From Nitrospirales bacterium (lineage in GTDB: Bacteria > Nitrospirota > Nitrospiria > Nitrospirales > UBA8639), in the NCBI GenBank assembly GCA_965203295.1, contig CBDBCZ010000017.1, positions 352,001 through 416,000 on the forward strand: a DNA stretch of 64,000 nucleotides, in the 5' to 3' direction. Below, piece after piece: positions 10,900 through 53,686 of the stretch. Both the position numbers and the translations under genes were made by a program. The notes below the pieces were generated by a model. The model saw only the letters and a list, made by a program, of their open reading frames with translations. It was not told the DNA's origin and made no database searches. Every line of letters starts with the position of its first letter. The first letter of the stretch is position 1.

Positions 10900-11370
10900 A
10901 CATATACGGTAAGAAAAATGTACAAGGGAAATCTTCGGAATGATATCAGAACAAAATAAAGTTGAGGGAAGTCCCGAGATGGTACCAGAACCAGCTAGAA
11001 CTGACTACATGCACCAGCTAGAGATGGTACCAGAACAGACTAAACATGGAACTGGGGGGGAAGTCTCGGGAATGGTACAGGTACCAGCTAGAACTGACTA
11101 TACGCACCTGGGGGAGTCTAAAGCTGGGGGGAAGTCTTAGGAATGGTACAGGAACAAACTGAAGCTGGGGGAAGTCCCAGGAATGGTTCTTGAACTGACT
11201 ATTGTTGGAGGAGTCTTGGGAATGGTACTGAAATGGACTATATATAGCTGGGGGGAGTCTTGGGAAGGGGAATTCTATATGGCCGTATGGTATTCCCGGC
11301 CTGGGGAATTCCATGTGGTGGTACCGAACCACTAAAACTGGGGGGGAAATCCCCATGAATGGGATACTCC
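10900..11370. repeat. Degenerate G-rich ~40-bp repeat family; also at ~22490-23200
   Basis: Recurrent CTGGGGGAAGTC(C/T)..GGAATGGTAC units at both loci. Confidence 0.7.
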
Positions 11371-11738
11371 ACATCAGCATCAACAATGATTTTATCAGGG
11401 ACTAGTACGTATAAACGTATGAATACTGTATATGCAACTGATAGACCAACAGTTGAGCCAAATAAACTTTTAAATTAAAAAAAACGTTTCGAAGAACACT
11501 TCTGATTTTAAAATGTTTACTGACCATACACAACAATCTAGTACACGTTCATAACACGGTGACGAATAAAAGGCAAAACCAACGCATTGATGATGTATAT
11601 ATAATAATAATTCCCTGTGACAAAGAAAGAGATGCAGTCATGAGAAACAACGAACCAGTACAATGACCCTAACAATAGTTTGATTTTGGTAAACATAAAT
11701 GCTTATACACGATAGCAGATTACAAAGACGAGAGGCCA

Positions 11739-27235
<15,497 letters not shown>

Positions 27236-27978
27236 GATTATTAGGCTCGGTCCCCAGCTCGACCTGGGCGGGATCTTGGGCACGAGACTTGGCTCCTGCG
27301 CATGCGCACAACAAATATTTAATTAGTTTAATTGGGGTAATCCCCGGATTCCAATATAGATCATATTATGATTCCAATCGCTAAGCAGTATATACATACA
27401 TGTACAGTAAGCCTATAGCACCGCTTGTGTACGTGTGTTAGTGATCTCATTTGCGCGGCACGATCACTAATGAGAGCCGAGTGGCTGTTGTTGTCGAGTC
27501 ATTTCCCGAGGGGAATTCACTGCAGTGAGGTAATGAGACCGATTTGCTGAGCTTTTCATTTGTCCCAGTCGCCACACTGTGTGTCGTATGTTATTACTAT
27601 ACCGGTTTATATAATAGCTAGCCCTGCAGTACAGTATAAAGAGCTGGTTATTTCATGCATGTGTTCCTGCTAATGTAAACCAATGACTTAAGCTTTAATG
27701 TACCACATGCAGCTGAGGCAGCAAAGTCAGTAAACTGAAGAGCAAAACATCCCCTGACATTCTCCGGGGATTCACCAGGGAACCTTTTAACTTCTCACTG
27801 TTGATACAATACGGCGGAGTAGCTATATCTGTGCAACAAAGTTACGGCAGCAGGGGTGTTTTCTGCTACCTTTGACAGCTTGCACCACAAGACTACTGGA
27901 AGACTACCTAAAGTAGCTATTTTGGCAGTGTCAGAGCACTTCCTACTCCAAAGGAGCGGAAGACCTGGTGAAGACAAG

Positions 27979-29811
27979 ATGAGTGCACAGTCTTCTTTTG
28001 GCTCTTCTTTGAGCACGATTTCATCCCTGGGAAGTGACTACCAATCCATCCCCGAGGAGTCCCTCATAATCCCCCCGTCGTGGCTACTGCGTGGTGTCAC
28101 TGTGAACCTCGCTGACATTCGTGGCAAGGGGTCTTACGGCACAGTCTTTGTCGCCCACTGGCACGGAAGTGAAGTTGCTGCCAAGAAGCTGCACGACATC
28201 TTCTTTGAGTTTTCAGTGGTGCCAGAGGCAAAGCGGGGCATCCTGAGGGCATTCGCTAAAGAGTTGAACATACTGTTCCAGCTGAAACATCCCAACATTG
28301 TCCAGTTCTACGGAGTCTTCAAGCCAAGCGGTTCCCTGAGCAACCTGGAACTGAGTCACGATTCTTACCTGATCCAAGAGTTGATGTGGAGTGCTTTGGA
28401 TGTGAGAAATCGGGCAAAGCCAAAGCTCAACCTCCGCAACGTCGTCGAGATAAGCCTCGGAATCGCCAGCGCTCTGCAGTACCTACACGACCGAAACGAG
28501 CCAATCATTCACAGAGATCTAGCCACAAAGAACGTCCTGCTAAGTTCTAGCGGAACCGCCAAGATTTCCGACCTCGGGGTGGCAAAGGTCATTCAGTTCG
28601 GCGAGCAGAGTTTGCCACAAACTCGGCAGCCGGGTACCGAACTGTACATGCCTCCAGAAGTGAAGATCGAAGGCTTGTCGTACTCTACGAGTGTCGACAT
28701 TTTCTCATTCGGCGTCATCATGCTTGAGATTTGTATCGGTCACGACGTCACTGCCAGCGAAGCTTTTCGCGTGGGTGAGTTAGGAATGGTGCGCTTAGTT
28801 CCCGAGGTAGAACGGAGGAAGAGGGACTTTCAGGATTTGAGTAACCACGTTTTGAAGCCACTTATCATGCAGTGTCTCGATACATGTAAAGATCGACCAA
28901 CAGCAAATGCAATATGGGAGCGCTTGACAAGAGTCAAGGATACAGCACAGTACAAAAGCGCACCGGAAAGCCGCATTGTGCCTACATTGGAGCCCGTGCA
29001 ACCGAGTTTGAATCAGCAAAGCTCTCGAGCATTGTCCGCAAGATGTGAAATGCTGGAGGAAAAAGTTTCAGTGCTCCAGGGCGATAAACAGCACCTGGAG
29101 AGGAAGCTCAACTCTTACATGCAAGCAGAAAGAGAGGAGAGTGAACCACTCCATCAGGAAACAGAACGAGTGAAGGGAGAGAATGACAGACTACGAGCCG
29201 AAATCGATCAACTACGGGCAACTGTGCGACAGAAGGAGGTGGAAATTTCCGAGCTGACGAGCTTCAGTTCTCCTCCTTCTAGTCTCACCGATCCGCAGTC
29301 TCGCGACCAGAGAGCTACTCTACTGCACAGAGTCAACACACTGCACGCCAACGTCAGCCGGCTGGAAAAACAGATCCAAGCACTGGAAGAGGAGAACTTG
29401 GAACTGAGACAACAGCAGAAAATACACAATGGTAGCAGCGGGCACTCTTCCAGCGGGCACTCCTCCAGCGGACCAAGTAGCCTACCAACGCTGTCAAGTT
29501 GGTCTAATCAACACTCAGGTTTATCAAAATCTGTGAGTGACGATTCAATATCGGCAAAATCAGAAATTAAACAACTGAAAAAGATGATCGATAAGTTGAA
29601 GACCGTCAATGTCGAGCTAGATATGAAACTGAAAGATGCTAATTTACGGCTGCAAGAATACGGTATGAGACAGACGGATTCCGATGTCATGTATCGCATG
29701 GAGGCCGAGCACTTGAGAGCAGAAAACGAAAGATTACGATTGCAACTTGAGAGTGTTCAGCAAGAAAATTACAGTTTGCTGAGAGAAATAACTGCGTGTA
29801 GACCATACTAA
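27979..29811 (+). CDS. TKL-type protein kinase with C-terminal coiled coil, intronless CDS, ~610 aa
   Basis: GKGSYG, VAAK, ELNIL..LKHPNIVQFYG, HRDLATKN, DLG, GTELYMPPE, DIFSFG, followed by a heptad-rich tail. First ATG at 27979 (the ORF-track start is GTG). Possible 5' UTR intron ~27530-27878. Confidence 0.92.
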   Translation: MSAQSSFGSSLSTISSLGSDYQSIPEESLIIPPSWLLRGVTVNLADIRGKGSYGTVFVAHWHGSEVAAKKLHDIFFEFSVVPEAKRGILRAFAKELNILFQLKHPNIVQFYGVFKPSGSLSNLELSHDSYLIQELMWSALDVRNRAKPKLNLRNVVEISLGIASALQYLHDRNEPIIHRDLATKNVLLSSSGTAKISDLGVAKVIQFGEQSLPQTRQPGTELYMPPEVKIEGLSYSTSVDIFSFGVIMLEICIGHDVTASEAFRVGELGMVRLVPEVERRKRDFQDLSNHVLKPLIMQCLDTCKDRPTANAIWERLTRVKDTAQYKSAPESRIVPTLEPVQPSLNQQSSRALSARCEMLEEKVSVLQGDKQHLERKLNSYMQAEREESEPLHQETERVKGENDRLRAEIDQLRATVRQKEVEISELTSFSSPPSSLTDPQSRDQRATLLHRVNTLHANVSRLEKQIQALEEENLELRQQQKIHNGSSGHSSSGHSSSGPSSLPTLSSWSNQHSGLSKSVSDDSISAKSEIKQLKKMIDKLKTVNVELDMKLKDANLRLQEYGMRQTDSDVMYRMEAEHLRAENERLRLQLESVQQENYSLLREITACRPY

Positions 29812-30279
29812 ATCGAAGCACAGACACGCAATAAGTGCATTCATACGTAACTATATATATAGTGCACATGCATACGTATTATGTTTTTGTACACTACATC
29901 TATGACTAGTTTAGTATTTGTTTAACTATATTGTGATGATGTTGACTGTACTTTGATTAGTGATTGTTGGTAATATGACCAATTCACTGGACCACTACAG
30001 AGCTAGGTCAAATTTCCTGCTTTCAGCACCATTTATGATATTGTGTAATATGCCATGCTCTAGTAAAAATATCAAGCTCAAAGAAAAGATGCGCATAGTA
30101 CGTAGCATGCATACGTTAGTAATTATTAACATCAACCTTTGACATGTATATACACTCAAGGCATAGAGATAACACACACAAGAACTGCATTGTGGGATAC
30201 AGTATATATGATCAACACTCACATGAATTGTGCACACTTGTAGACCCCACACAGAAGTGCGTATAAGTTGAAGGATATT

Positions 30280-41162
<10,883 letters not shown>

Positions 41163-42945
41163 TTCGCGGATCTGTAAGTACCGACACGCAGGTGCATACA
41201 AGGATATGTTGTGACTGCTTTCAGCTAATGAGTATATAGCCGTAGAGGATTTCCTAACATCCGTTATTGCATATATCATGCACAACAAACAATCACCAAG
41301 GACAGAGGAGGTACGTCAACGTCACATGCAAATGTCAACTAGTCACATGACTCGCAAGCATATCAAGTGATCTTAGCGGAAAAGCAGTTCTGTGCATTTG
41401 TGCATCACCTTCTTGGGAGGCTTTCCAGCTATTAACTGATATAAATTAGCAAGCAATACTTTCTGCCATCATTGAAGGCGTCTACCGTACTTCTACTGAG
41501 TGGCTTAATGATATACCCTTGAAGTTGAGCCCGATCTTCAGCTTGTCTACAAAAAGTGAGTCTTTTGAACAGCTGAGCCCCTCTGAGCATAGTCAGAAAA
41601 TCGAGGTTTTAGTTGCCAACTACACTTGTACGCATGCATAATAGCTAAATTAACTGCATGCTAGTGCATGTCGTAATGCATATTTCAAACCTTGATGTAC
41701 CTCCTCCGCACCAAGGGATAGTTTCCTACATATAACTAGTGCATAAACGTTTGTAGTCTCGCGGGCCAGACGATTAAAGTACGTCTGGTCACGTTTGCCA
41801 CGTTTTTGCAAACGTAGCCGGAATGTGGGCGACACCAATCAGTTGCAGAGCGTTCAATTATTACAAAGCTCTTACGTATTAGTCACATGACAGTCTGTCC
41901 TTTTCAAACGAGATGTTATCAAGAAGAAAGTGTTAGCGAAAGGTTCGAGTTAGTTATGCTTCGGCCGAACCAGGAACGAGTAATAAGTTTGAAAATAAAT
42001 GACGGTTTCCGTCGCTGGTCCTTAAGTACATCGAGCAAAATAGGAAGCACATGCTCTGTAGACTCACTGTGATGATTCCGACGTTCCTTCGCCTTCACCG
42101 CTGACTGACAAAGCAAGCACATCTCTACCGACTGTCCATATCGTGATTATAAGGCGAGAGTCTATTAGCTTCACATAATAATATTGCGTTCTGCCACGTG
42201 AAAATGACATTGCGTCACGTGCACTACATTCCATTGCGTAACGGAAACGTGGCTAAGGTGGCCAGACGTAACTTCCCACAACAAAAATCGTCTGGCCCGC
42301 GAGACTAAAACGTTTGCAAAAGGGCTCAAAATGGAATCAAGCGATCAAGGTACTTTTCAGGACAAGATCAAGATGCAGTCTGAGCAACAAAAAATCCAAG
42401 GATCAACAATCAGTCTCAGAAACTAAGGAAACAGGGCTAAAATTAGGTCCTTCAGGCAAACACCCGAATTAAAATCAAGCGATCAAGAAGTTTGGAAAGA
42501 GCGATCAAGAGATCAAGGACGACTTTCGCTGATCAAAACTCTTGATTCCATTCATCATGAACGTTTCTACGGGCAAATTATGTAGCCTCGTTCCCAGTCC
42601 TTTCCCATCCAGCTTTTATTACTCGGAGATAAAAGCCGGGGTGGTAAGGACTGGGAATGAGGCTAAGTCCTTGATCGATATCACTGACTACATCTCTCTG
42701 ATCAAGCTGTTACATGTGCATGTGTGAATGTAAAGTCGCCTGTGACAGTCTTACCTCGTTATGATGATATATAAGTGAGCTGATGGAACCCACCTAGAGG
42801 CTCGAGCTTGTACATGCTAGCTGCATGTTGCAAACTGCACAGTCAGCGAAGTCGCTTAACATTCTTTTCAAAGCGCACCATAGCTGGTGAGCGCTAAATG
42901 GAATGGCGTCGGACACTGTCCATTATCGGGAATCTAGGATACAGG

Positions 42946-45900
42946 ATGGCGAAATCGAAGTTTGAATACGTCAAAAAGTTTGAACAGAATGACAGCTGTT
43001 TACCCAACACTTGGCTGGTGGTCAGGCTAGATGGGCGATGCTTTCATAAGTAAACAGATCCGACTAGTGATTGTTTTGCAGCTAAACTTCTTAGGACAGT
43101 ACCACATATACATATATGTCAGTATTTCACCATAGATAATAGAGCACTATTATCTATGGTTTCACTTAGGAATAATTCACGAAAAGCATCATAGGTGAAA
43201 GTGCATATTAAACAGCACCGTTTGATGGGCATTCATAATACGAAATATGTGCCACGTACCTGCCCCAAAATTCTATAACTCCCAAGCTTTTTTTTTGTTC
43301 TTTGGGTATTTTTTGCTTGCGTGTGCAAAGTAATGCTAAATGGTCTGAAAAAAACGGGTGCAAGCGGAAGGCCACACCCCTTAAAGTTCTAGTACTAGTT
43401 AACTAACATTTTTTTTGCTCCTACTAAAATTAACACTTTCTGTTTTTAGTTTCAGTTAACTAAAACAACGCTACAATCTCTGCCACTCCTCCAGGTTCTC
43501 TGAGGAACACGGCTTTCGCAAGCCGAACGACGACCAGGCTCTGGGGCTGATGAACGAGTGTGCCGAGAGAGTCATGAGGGAGTACCCTGATATCGTCATA
43601 TCGTATGGGCAGAGCGACGAATACAGGTGATGAGAGGAGCGTATCATCATTTCATTTTACATGGTTAATTTCTTGGTAACTATTCATAGTACTAGTATTG
43701 TAGCCTGATAAACGAGTGTGCCAAGAGAGTCATGAGGGAGTACCCTGATATCGTCATATCGTATGGGCAGAGCGACGAATACAGGTGATGAGAGGAGCGT
43801 ATCATCATTTTATTTTACGCGGTTTCTTGGTAACTATTCATAGTACTAGTATTGTAGCCTCGTTCCCAGGCTCTCTGCCCAGCTTTTTTTCGCACGTAGT
43901 AAAATAAGCGGTCAGCTTATTTCACTACGTGAGAAAAAAAGCTGGGCAAAGAGCCTGGGAACGAGGCTATACTAGTATTGTGCGTGTTATCATAGTATAC
44001 ATGAGTAATTAATAGGGTGGGTGTTTAAGTGGGTTAAAGCCCTCTGTTGATACTCAGCTCTAATTCTCCCCACACTTATAAGTAAAATAGACACGAGGGA
44101 CTCGTTTAACCTACTTGAACACCCCTGGAACCATGCAGAAGTGCTAGTTTAGTCTGGCTAGGCCCTGGACTCATTTAACACTTTTTTGTTGAATGCCTCC
44201 AGGGTGTCTATCCTAGCTATATTAGTTGTATGCATGTATGTAGATATTTGGTATGATTTCTTGATAGCTTCCTTGTTATAGTTATAATGTACACAATGTC
44301 ATGAGATTTGTGAGATGGTTGGTGAAACTTCACAGCTAATTTTCCCATTTCTCCAGCTTTGTACTAAAGAGGAATACAACTTTGTTCAGTCGAAGAGCAA
44401 GGTCTGTACACACAGTGTTCAATCCTACGTATTATTTATTATAATGTTACACTGCTAAAAGGAAGTAGTTTGCTTTAACTCATGTTATAGCCCGTTGCTA
44501 GGTGGTTGCTAAGTTTATAGAGGCCCTATAAATTAATCAGCAACATACCCCCAGAAGAGCTGAATCAGCTATATCTGGTGTGAAGCGTGGCTATATCAGG
44601 TGTAAAGAGTGCCTATATAAATTCAAAGGCAATCACCTAGCAATGGGCTATAAATCTGTTATATCACCCTTCCACTCGTGATGTTGCAGTTTATAAGCCC
44701 TCCCCCTCAGGCGCTAGGGCCCGCTTATAAATCAGCAACATCACTCGTGAGGGTGATATAACTAATACTAAGCTTACGTCAGTTGCAGCTCCAGTACCAG
44801 AGAATGCTACGCTTTTGACGTTTATCACGGAATTTGTTATAATAGCATGTGCCATTTCCCCATCTCGCTATCTACGCCCGTGCCATAGCAAGATCATGAC
44901 CACCCTGGTGTCCTACTTTGCTGCCTCCTACGTGTTCCGATGGCCCCAGTTCTTCCCGACCACGCCCCTGAAGTACCCCCCGGCTTTCGACGGCAGGGTG
45001 GTCCTCTACCCCTCCGTGAAGAATCTGAGAGACTACCTCAGCTGGAGACAGGCCGACTGTGAGTGTACGGGATGCTTTTAGTATGGCTTTACATAAATAG
45101 ATTTAGTTTTAGTGGTGATGAACAACATTTACTTTTGTTTTTTTTAGTCAACTAAAAAGAACAAAGGTTACTAAAATGCTTTTAATATTAGTTCACGATA
45201 ACTAAATGGTTGATTTTGGTGAAATAATTATTAGTTTAGTTGTAGTTTATTCCCAGGGGCCAGTACCCTTGAAGTTTCTGTGTTAGTTAAGTAAATCTGT
45301 TTTTGCTCCTACTAAAACACTTTTTGTTTTTAGTTTCAGTTAACTAAAACAACACTTAGTTGAACCTATATAAAGTGGTCACCCTCGGGCCAGTGTTTTA
45401 TGGCTGCAATATATAAGCAGTAGCTGTGCTACAGAGGTCCATTATGTATGTTGGTGTCGTTTTTAGTTTTCTGTTTGTTAAATAATTATACTATGCTCCT
45501 ACTTAAAGACCTATTAATTTCAGTTTCAGTTATTAAAAAAGCCGAGGGCGGCCATGGAAAGTAAGCTATAATGTAATACTCTTTTCACCAAAATTATGGC
45601 CAAATGATAAATCGTACTAAAAGTGGTTAGCAAACTAAGTAGTATTTAGATACCAGTTGGCAGTGCATTACGGGATATAGTTAGCACGCTCGGACAATTA
45701 AGTAACGGTCGAGGGCGGATAATGCATGAGCCGAAGCTAGTCCCATAATGCACTGCCAACTGGTATCTAAAGTATTTAGTTCACTCACTGACCTGAGACA
45801 GCCACGGTTCTGTTGGGCGTTATTTAGAAAAGTGTGCACTAAGTTTGTTAATGCACACTTAAGTGTGCATTAAGCGATTTAACGTGCGGTCATGTGATCG

Positions 45901-47803
45901 AGTTTGAGACTTCTGATTCGTCGAAGGTCACGTGAGTAGCACTAAGACTATTTTAACATCTAGAATTTCAAAACCTTTCATTTAAACACATAAGCCATGA
46001 TACAAAAAAAATACTGGATCATCTATCCTTCGATGTACCCCATGCACCTTCTGTGAATGTGAGCTTGGGTGCTATACCCCATAGAAAGTTTATAGCCGAT
46101 CCCATTAAACTTATGCGTACACGTGCAATACAGTGATGTGATAGTTTGACTGATTCATCCAGGCCACATCAACAATCAGTACAACACTTGCTTCTGGTCT
46201 CTTGTCCACTCTGGAGTCTCCACTACTGATGCTGAGAAGAGACTGTGTGTGAGTGTACTAGACTCTTTCCCAGGCTCTCCCCATAATATTTATACACACG
46301 TATACTGACTAAAACTTTTGAATTAGGTACTTATTTTTATGATTTGCCAATGATTCGGTATTATGCTATAGTTAATATGCTGGTGTGTTGAAGTGAAATT
46401 CTCAGCTTAGCTAATGGTATTCAATCCCATCATGAAAAGTGGTCCAATATCATCAGACTAAGCTAACCCTAACCGTAACCCTAACCCTAACCCTAACCCT
46501 AACCGTAACCCTAACCCTAACCCTAACCCTAACCCTAACCTTCTTTAGGGGACCCTGACTTCTGACAAAAATGAGCTCCTCTTCTCCGAGTTCGGTATCA
46601 ACTACAACGACCTTCCACAGCTCTACCGCAAGGGAACAACCCTCATTTGGCACACTGTCACCGAGAAGGTGAATAGTTAGCCTCACTCTAGATCTCTGGG
46701 CCTTTTCAGAAAAAATAATTGTCTGTTTTTTCAACAGGACCAAGGAATGAGGCTATAGGTAAATGTAGGATGTATGAGCAAGCAATGGTGCTTTGCTTAC
46801 TCATGGCTTACTCATGTAAAGACCTGGGAAGTAATGGGCTCTTTATTACCAGCATGTCATTTAAAAATGTACACTCTGTTTCTCAGGTTCCAGTGAAGAT
46901 GCCTCCCAAGCAGCCAGAAGGAGGTGCAAGAAACTCTTCTCAGCTTGACCAAGGCAAGGCTATTCGTCCAACGGATGCCCAAAGTGGTCTACTATCTAAT
47001 GGGGGTGTGTAGTAGTTGAGAATTGTACTACTAACAAAGTGGTCTACTATCTAATGGGGGAGTGTAGCAGTTGAGAATTGTACTACTAACAAAGTGGTCT
47101 GCTATCTAATGGGGGTGTGTAGCAGTTGAGAATTGTACTACTAACAAAGTGGTCTACTATCTGATGGGGGTGTGTAGCAGTTGAGAATTGTACTACTAAC
47201 AAAGTGGTCTACTATCTAATGGGGGTGTGTAGCAGTTGAGAATTGTACTACTATCAAAGTGGTCTACTATCTAATGGGGGTGTGTAGCAGTTGAGAATTG
47301 TACTACTAACAAAGTTTCACATCAAATTCAGCTGATTTACAATGTGCAATGTCCTTATATACATGGCATAGAAGGAGCATGATATAAGTCAGGCAAGGCT
47401 ACCTACCTGGGGTACCTACAAAAACCATAGGTTATAAGGATGAGTAGAGGTGAGAGCGGTACAGTCAGCTGGTGGTAGAACATAACCAAATAAGGAAATT
47501 AAGAGATACTATTAAATACCTAATAAGTGATGCAAGTAACTAAATACAAATAAACACCTTAAGTCATATCGATAGAAAAAAGGCCATTACAAAATAAGTG
47601 TAAATAAGTACAGTTACATGTTCACTACAGGTGCAAGCTCCACCGCTCTGAGCGCAACCCAACACTATGTGGAACAGAGTGACAAAGTAGAAGATCGTTT
47701 CAGTGAGCGGAGGCGGAAGGAAGTTAAAGCAATGCATGTGGACATTATTGGAGATCAGTTTTGGACAGAACATCCAGAAATCATTGGTAGTGACTGTCCC
47801 TAG
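42946..47803 (+). CDS. THG1L: tRNA(His) guanylyltransferase, 8 exons
   Basis: Exons 42946-43049, 43495-43626, 44357-44401, 44889-45058, 46163-46248, 46549-46668, 46887-47004, 47631-47803. Motifs [91 protein letters not shown]. Confidence 0.95.
43546..43860. repeat. ~157-bp direct duplication of the 3' half of THG1L exon 2 plus donor
   Basis: CTGAT.AACGAGTGTGCC.AGAGAGTCATG...GAATACAG|GTGATGAGAGG...TAGTATTGTAGCCT occurs twice. Confidence 0.9.
45650..45950. mobile_element. Dispersed element with ATACCAGTTGGCAGTGCATTA hairpin arms; second copy ~61533-61820
   Basis: Two similar copies, each with inverted ATACCAGTTGGCAGTGCATTA / TAATGCACTGCCAACTGGTAT. Confidence 0.75.
46463..46540. repeat. (CCCTAA)n telomeric tract directly before the THG1L exon 6 acceptor
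   Basis: ...CCCTAACCCTAACCTTCTTTAG|GGGACC. Confidence 0.95.
46980..47315. repeat. 55-bp tandem repeat, 6 copies, spanning the THG1L exon 7 donor
   Basis: Unit CAAAGTGGTCTACTATCTAATGGGG|GTGTGTAGCAGTTGAGAATTGTACTACTAA at 46980, 47035, 47090, 47145, 47200 and 47255. Confidence 0.95.
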
Positions 47804-47864
47804 TATCTATCAGTAGTTTGTAATGCAGTTTTAAATTTGGTTAAAAAATGGTCTTATGTCCAGT

Positions 47865-48067
47865 AAGGTCTCAGCTTTAATACTATAAAAGAGGGGGGCC
47901 TAATTATTAAATTGATGTTATCGTGTGTCAGATCAGAAAATCTTGTACTCAATAATATTGAGTACAAGATTTTCTGATATATTGAGTACAAGATTTTCTG
48001 ATCTGACACACGATGACATCAATTAATAATTAGGCCCCCTCTTTTATAGTATTAAAGCTGAGACCTT
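47865..48067. repeat. ~200-bp near-perfect palindrome between convergent gene ends
   Basis: AAGGTCTCAGCTTTAATACTATAAAAGAGGGG... is mirrored by ...CCCCTCTTTTATAGTATTAAAGCTGAGACCTT, with a duplicated TATTGAGTACAAGATTTTCTGAT at the centre. Confidence 0.9.
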
Positions 48068-48439
48068 TAACTCATTTTAAGAGTAATCTGAACATTGGGA
48101 GGCCTAGGGGTAAGTTGAATTTTACCACTCTAATTCTCAGCCCTTCAATTTTATTATGCAAAATTAATGATTTTTAAATTATTGTCATTGTGTTAATTAG
48201 ACGACTTCAACAGTTCATAATTCAACAGTATAATATTATATATTTCACAATCATACATTTAATCACTTCACATGCACCAGTGTTACAGCAGAGTTTCGAT
48301 GCATACAGTTACATAGCTGAAATACAAACTGTCTGATCTTAGTGCATTTATTTTGCAAATGATTTTTATTGCAATAATTATGTTAAAGACTTCAATATTT
48401 CATAACTCAACAGTATATATTTCACAATCATACAATTAA

Positions 48440-52925
<4,486 letters not shown>

Positions 52926-53686
52926 GTTCATAGCGACAGGCACCGCCCACCAAATTTCGCCCACCGGGGTCACTGCACTGTCTTAATTACTGTCATGTGA
53001 CACAGATTGTCGTTTGGTATAACTCAGACTGTCAGAGACAGGCGCTCACGCGTAGATAGGCTACCACTAAACATGGTGTGTGCATTGCGGCACGCTAATA
53101 ACATGCAGATTCCAAATTAATAATAATTTAAAAGTATTAATCACTGTCAAATCAATGATTTTCAATAATGCTTAAATGCCACAAGATATAAAACCAAATC
53201 AAATACATGTATTCTACAAAAATGACATAAAGGGAACCAACATTAAGCAACATCATCAATAATCCTAACCTGTACAGTAAATTAAATAATCAACTGAAAA
53301 GTTAAGTGTGAAAGACACATAAGAGACATATTCTAAGGGCAGGCTCTTAAATCTTGTATAAAACTCTATAACTATAAATAAGGAAACTGAACAATAGTAA
53401 TAAAATACAAAAATACAGAGCACCAGTCAAATCACTGTGATACAGTAATCTAACGCATGCACAAATACGTATACTAAATAAGGAATCTTTTACATATTAA
53501 TGTTTGAAACTAAAAACAGTAAATGTTTCAGTAGGAGCATAAGCAAATTAATTAACTTACTTGGGAATAAACTATAACTACTTTTTTCCCAAAATCAATA
53601 CATTTATTTACGGTTAACTAAAACTAAAACGAAACCTTTGTTCTTTTTACTAAAAGGAAATCTAATTATGTGAAGCCATTCTAAAA

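Noticed and set aside
27856..27978. N-terminal 41 aa of the kinase ORF
   Set aside because: The start is GTG and the segment includes a likely acceptor (TTTGACAG, 27878); the first ATG is at 27979.
41887..42122. Small ORFs upstream of the coiled-coil gene
   Set aside because: They lie within the TIR-bounded element 41754-42307 and show no recognisable intact domain.
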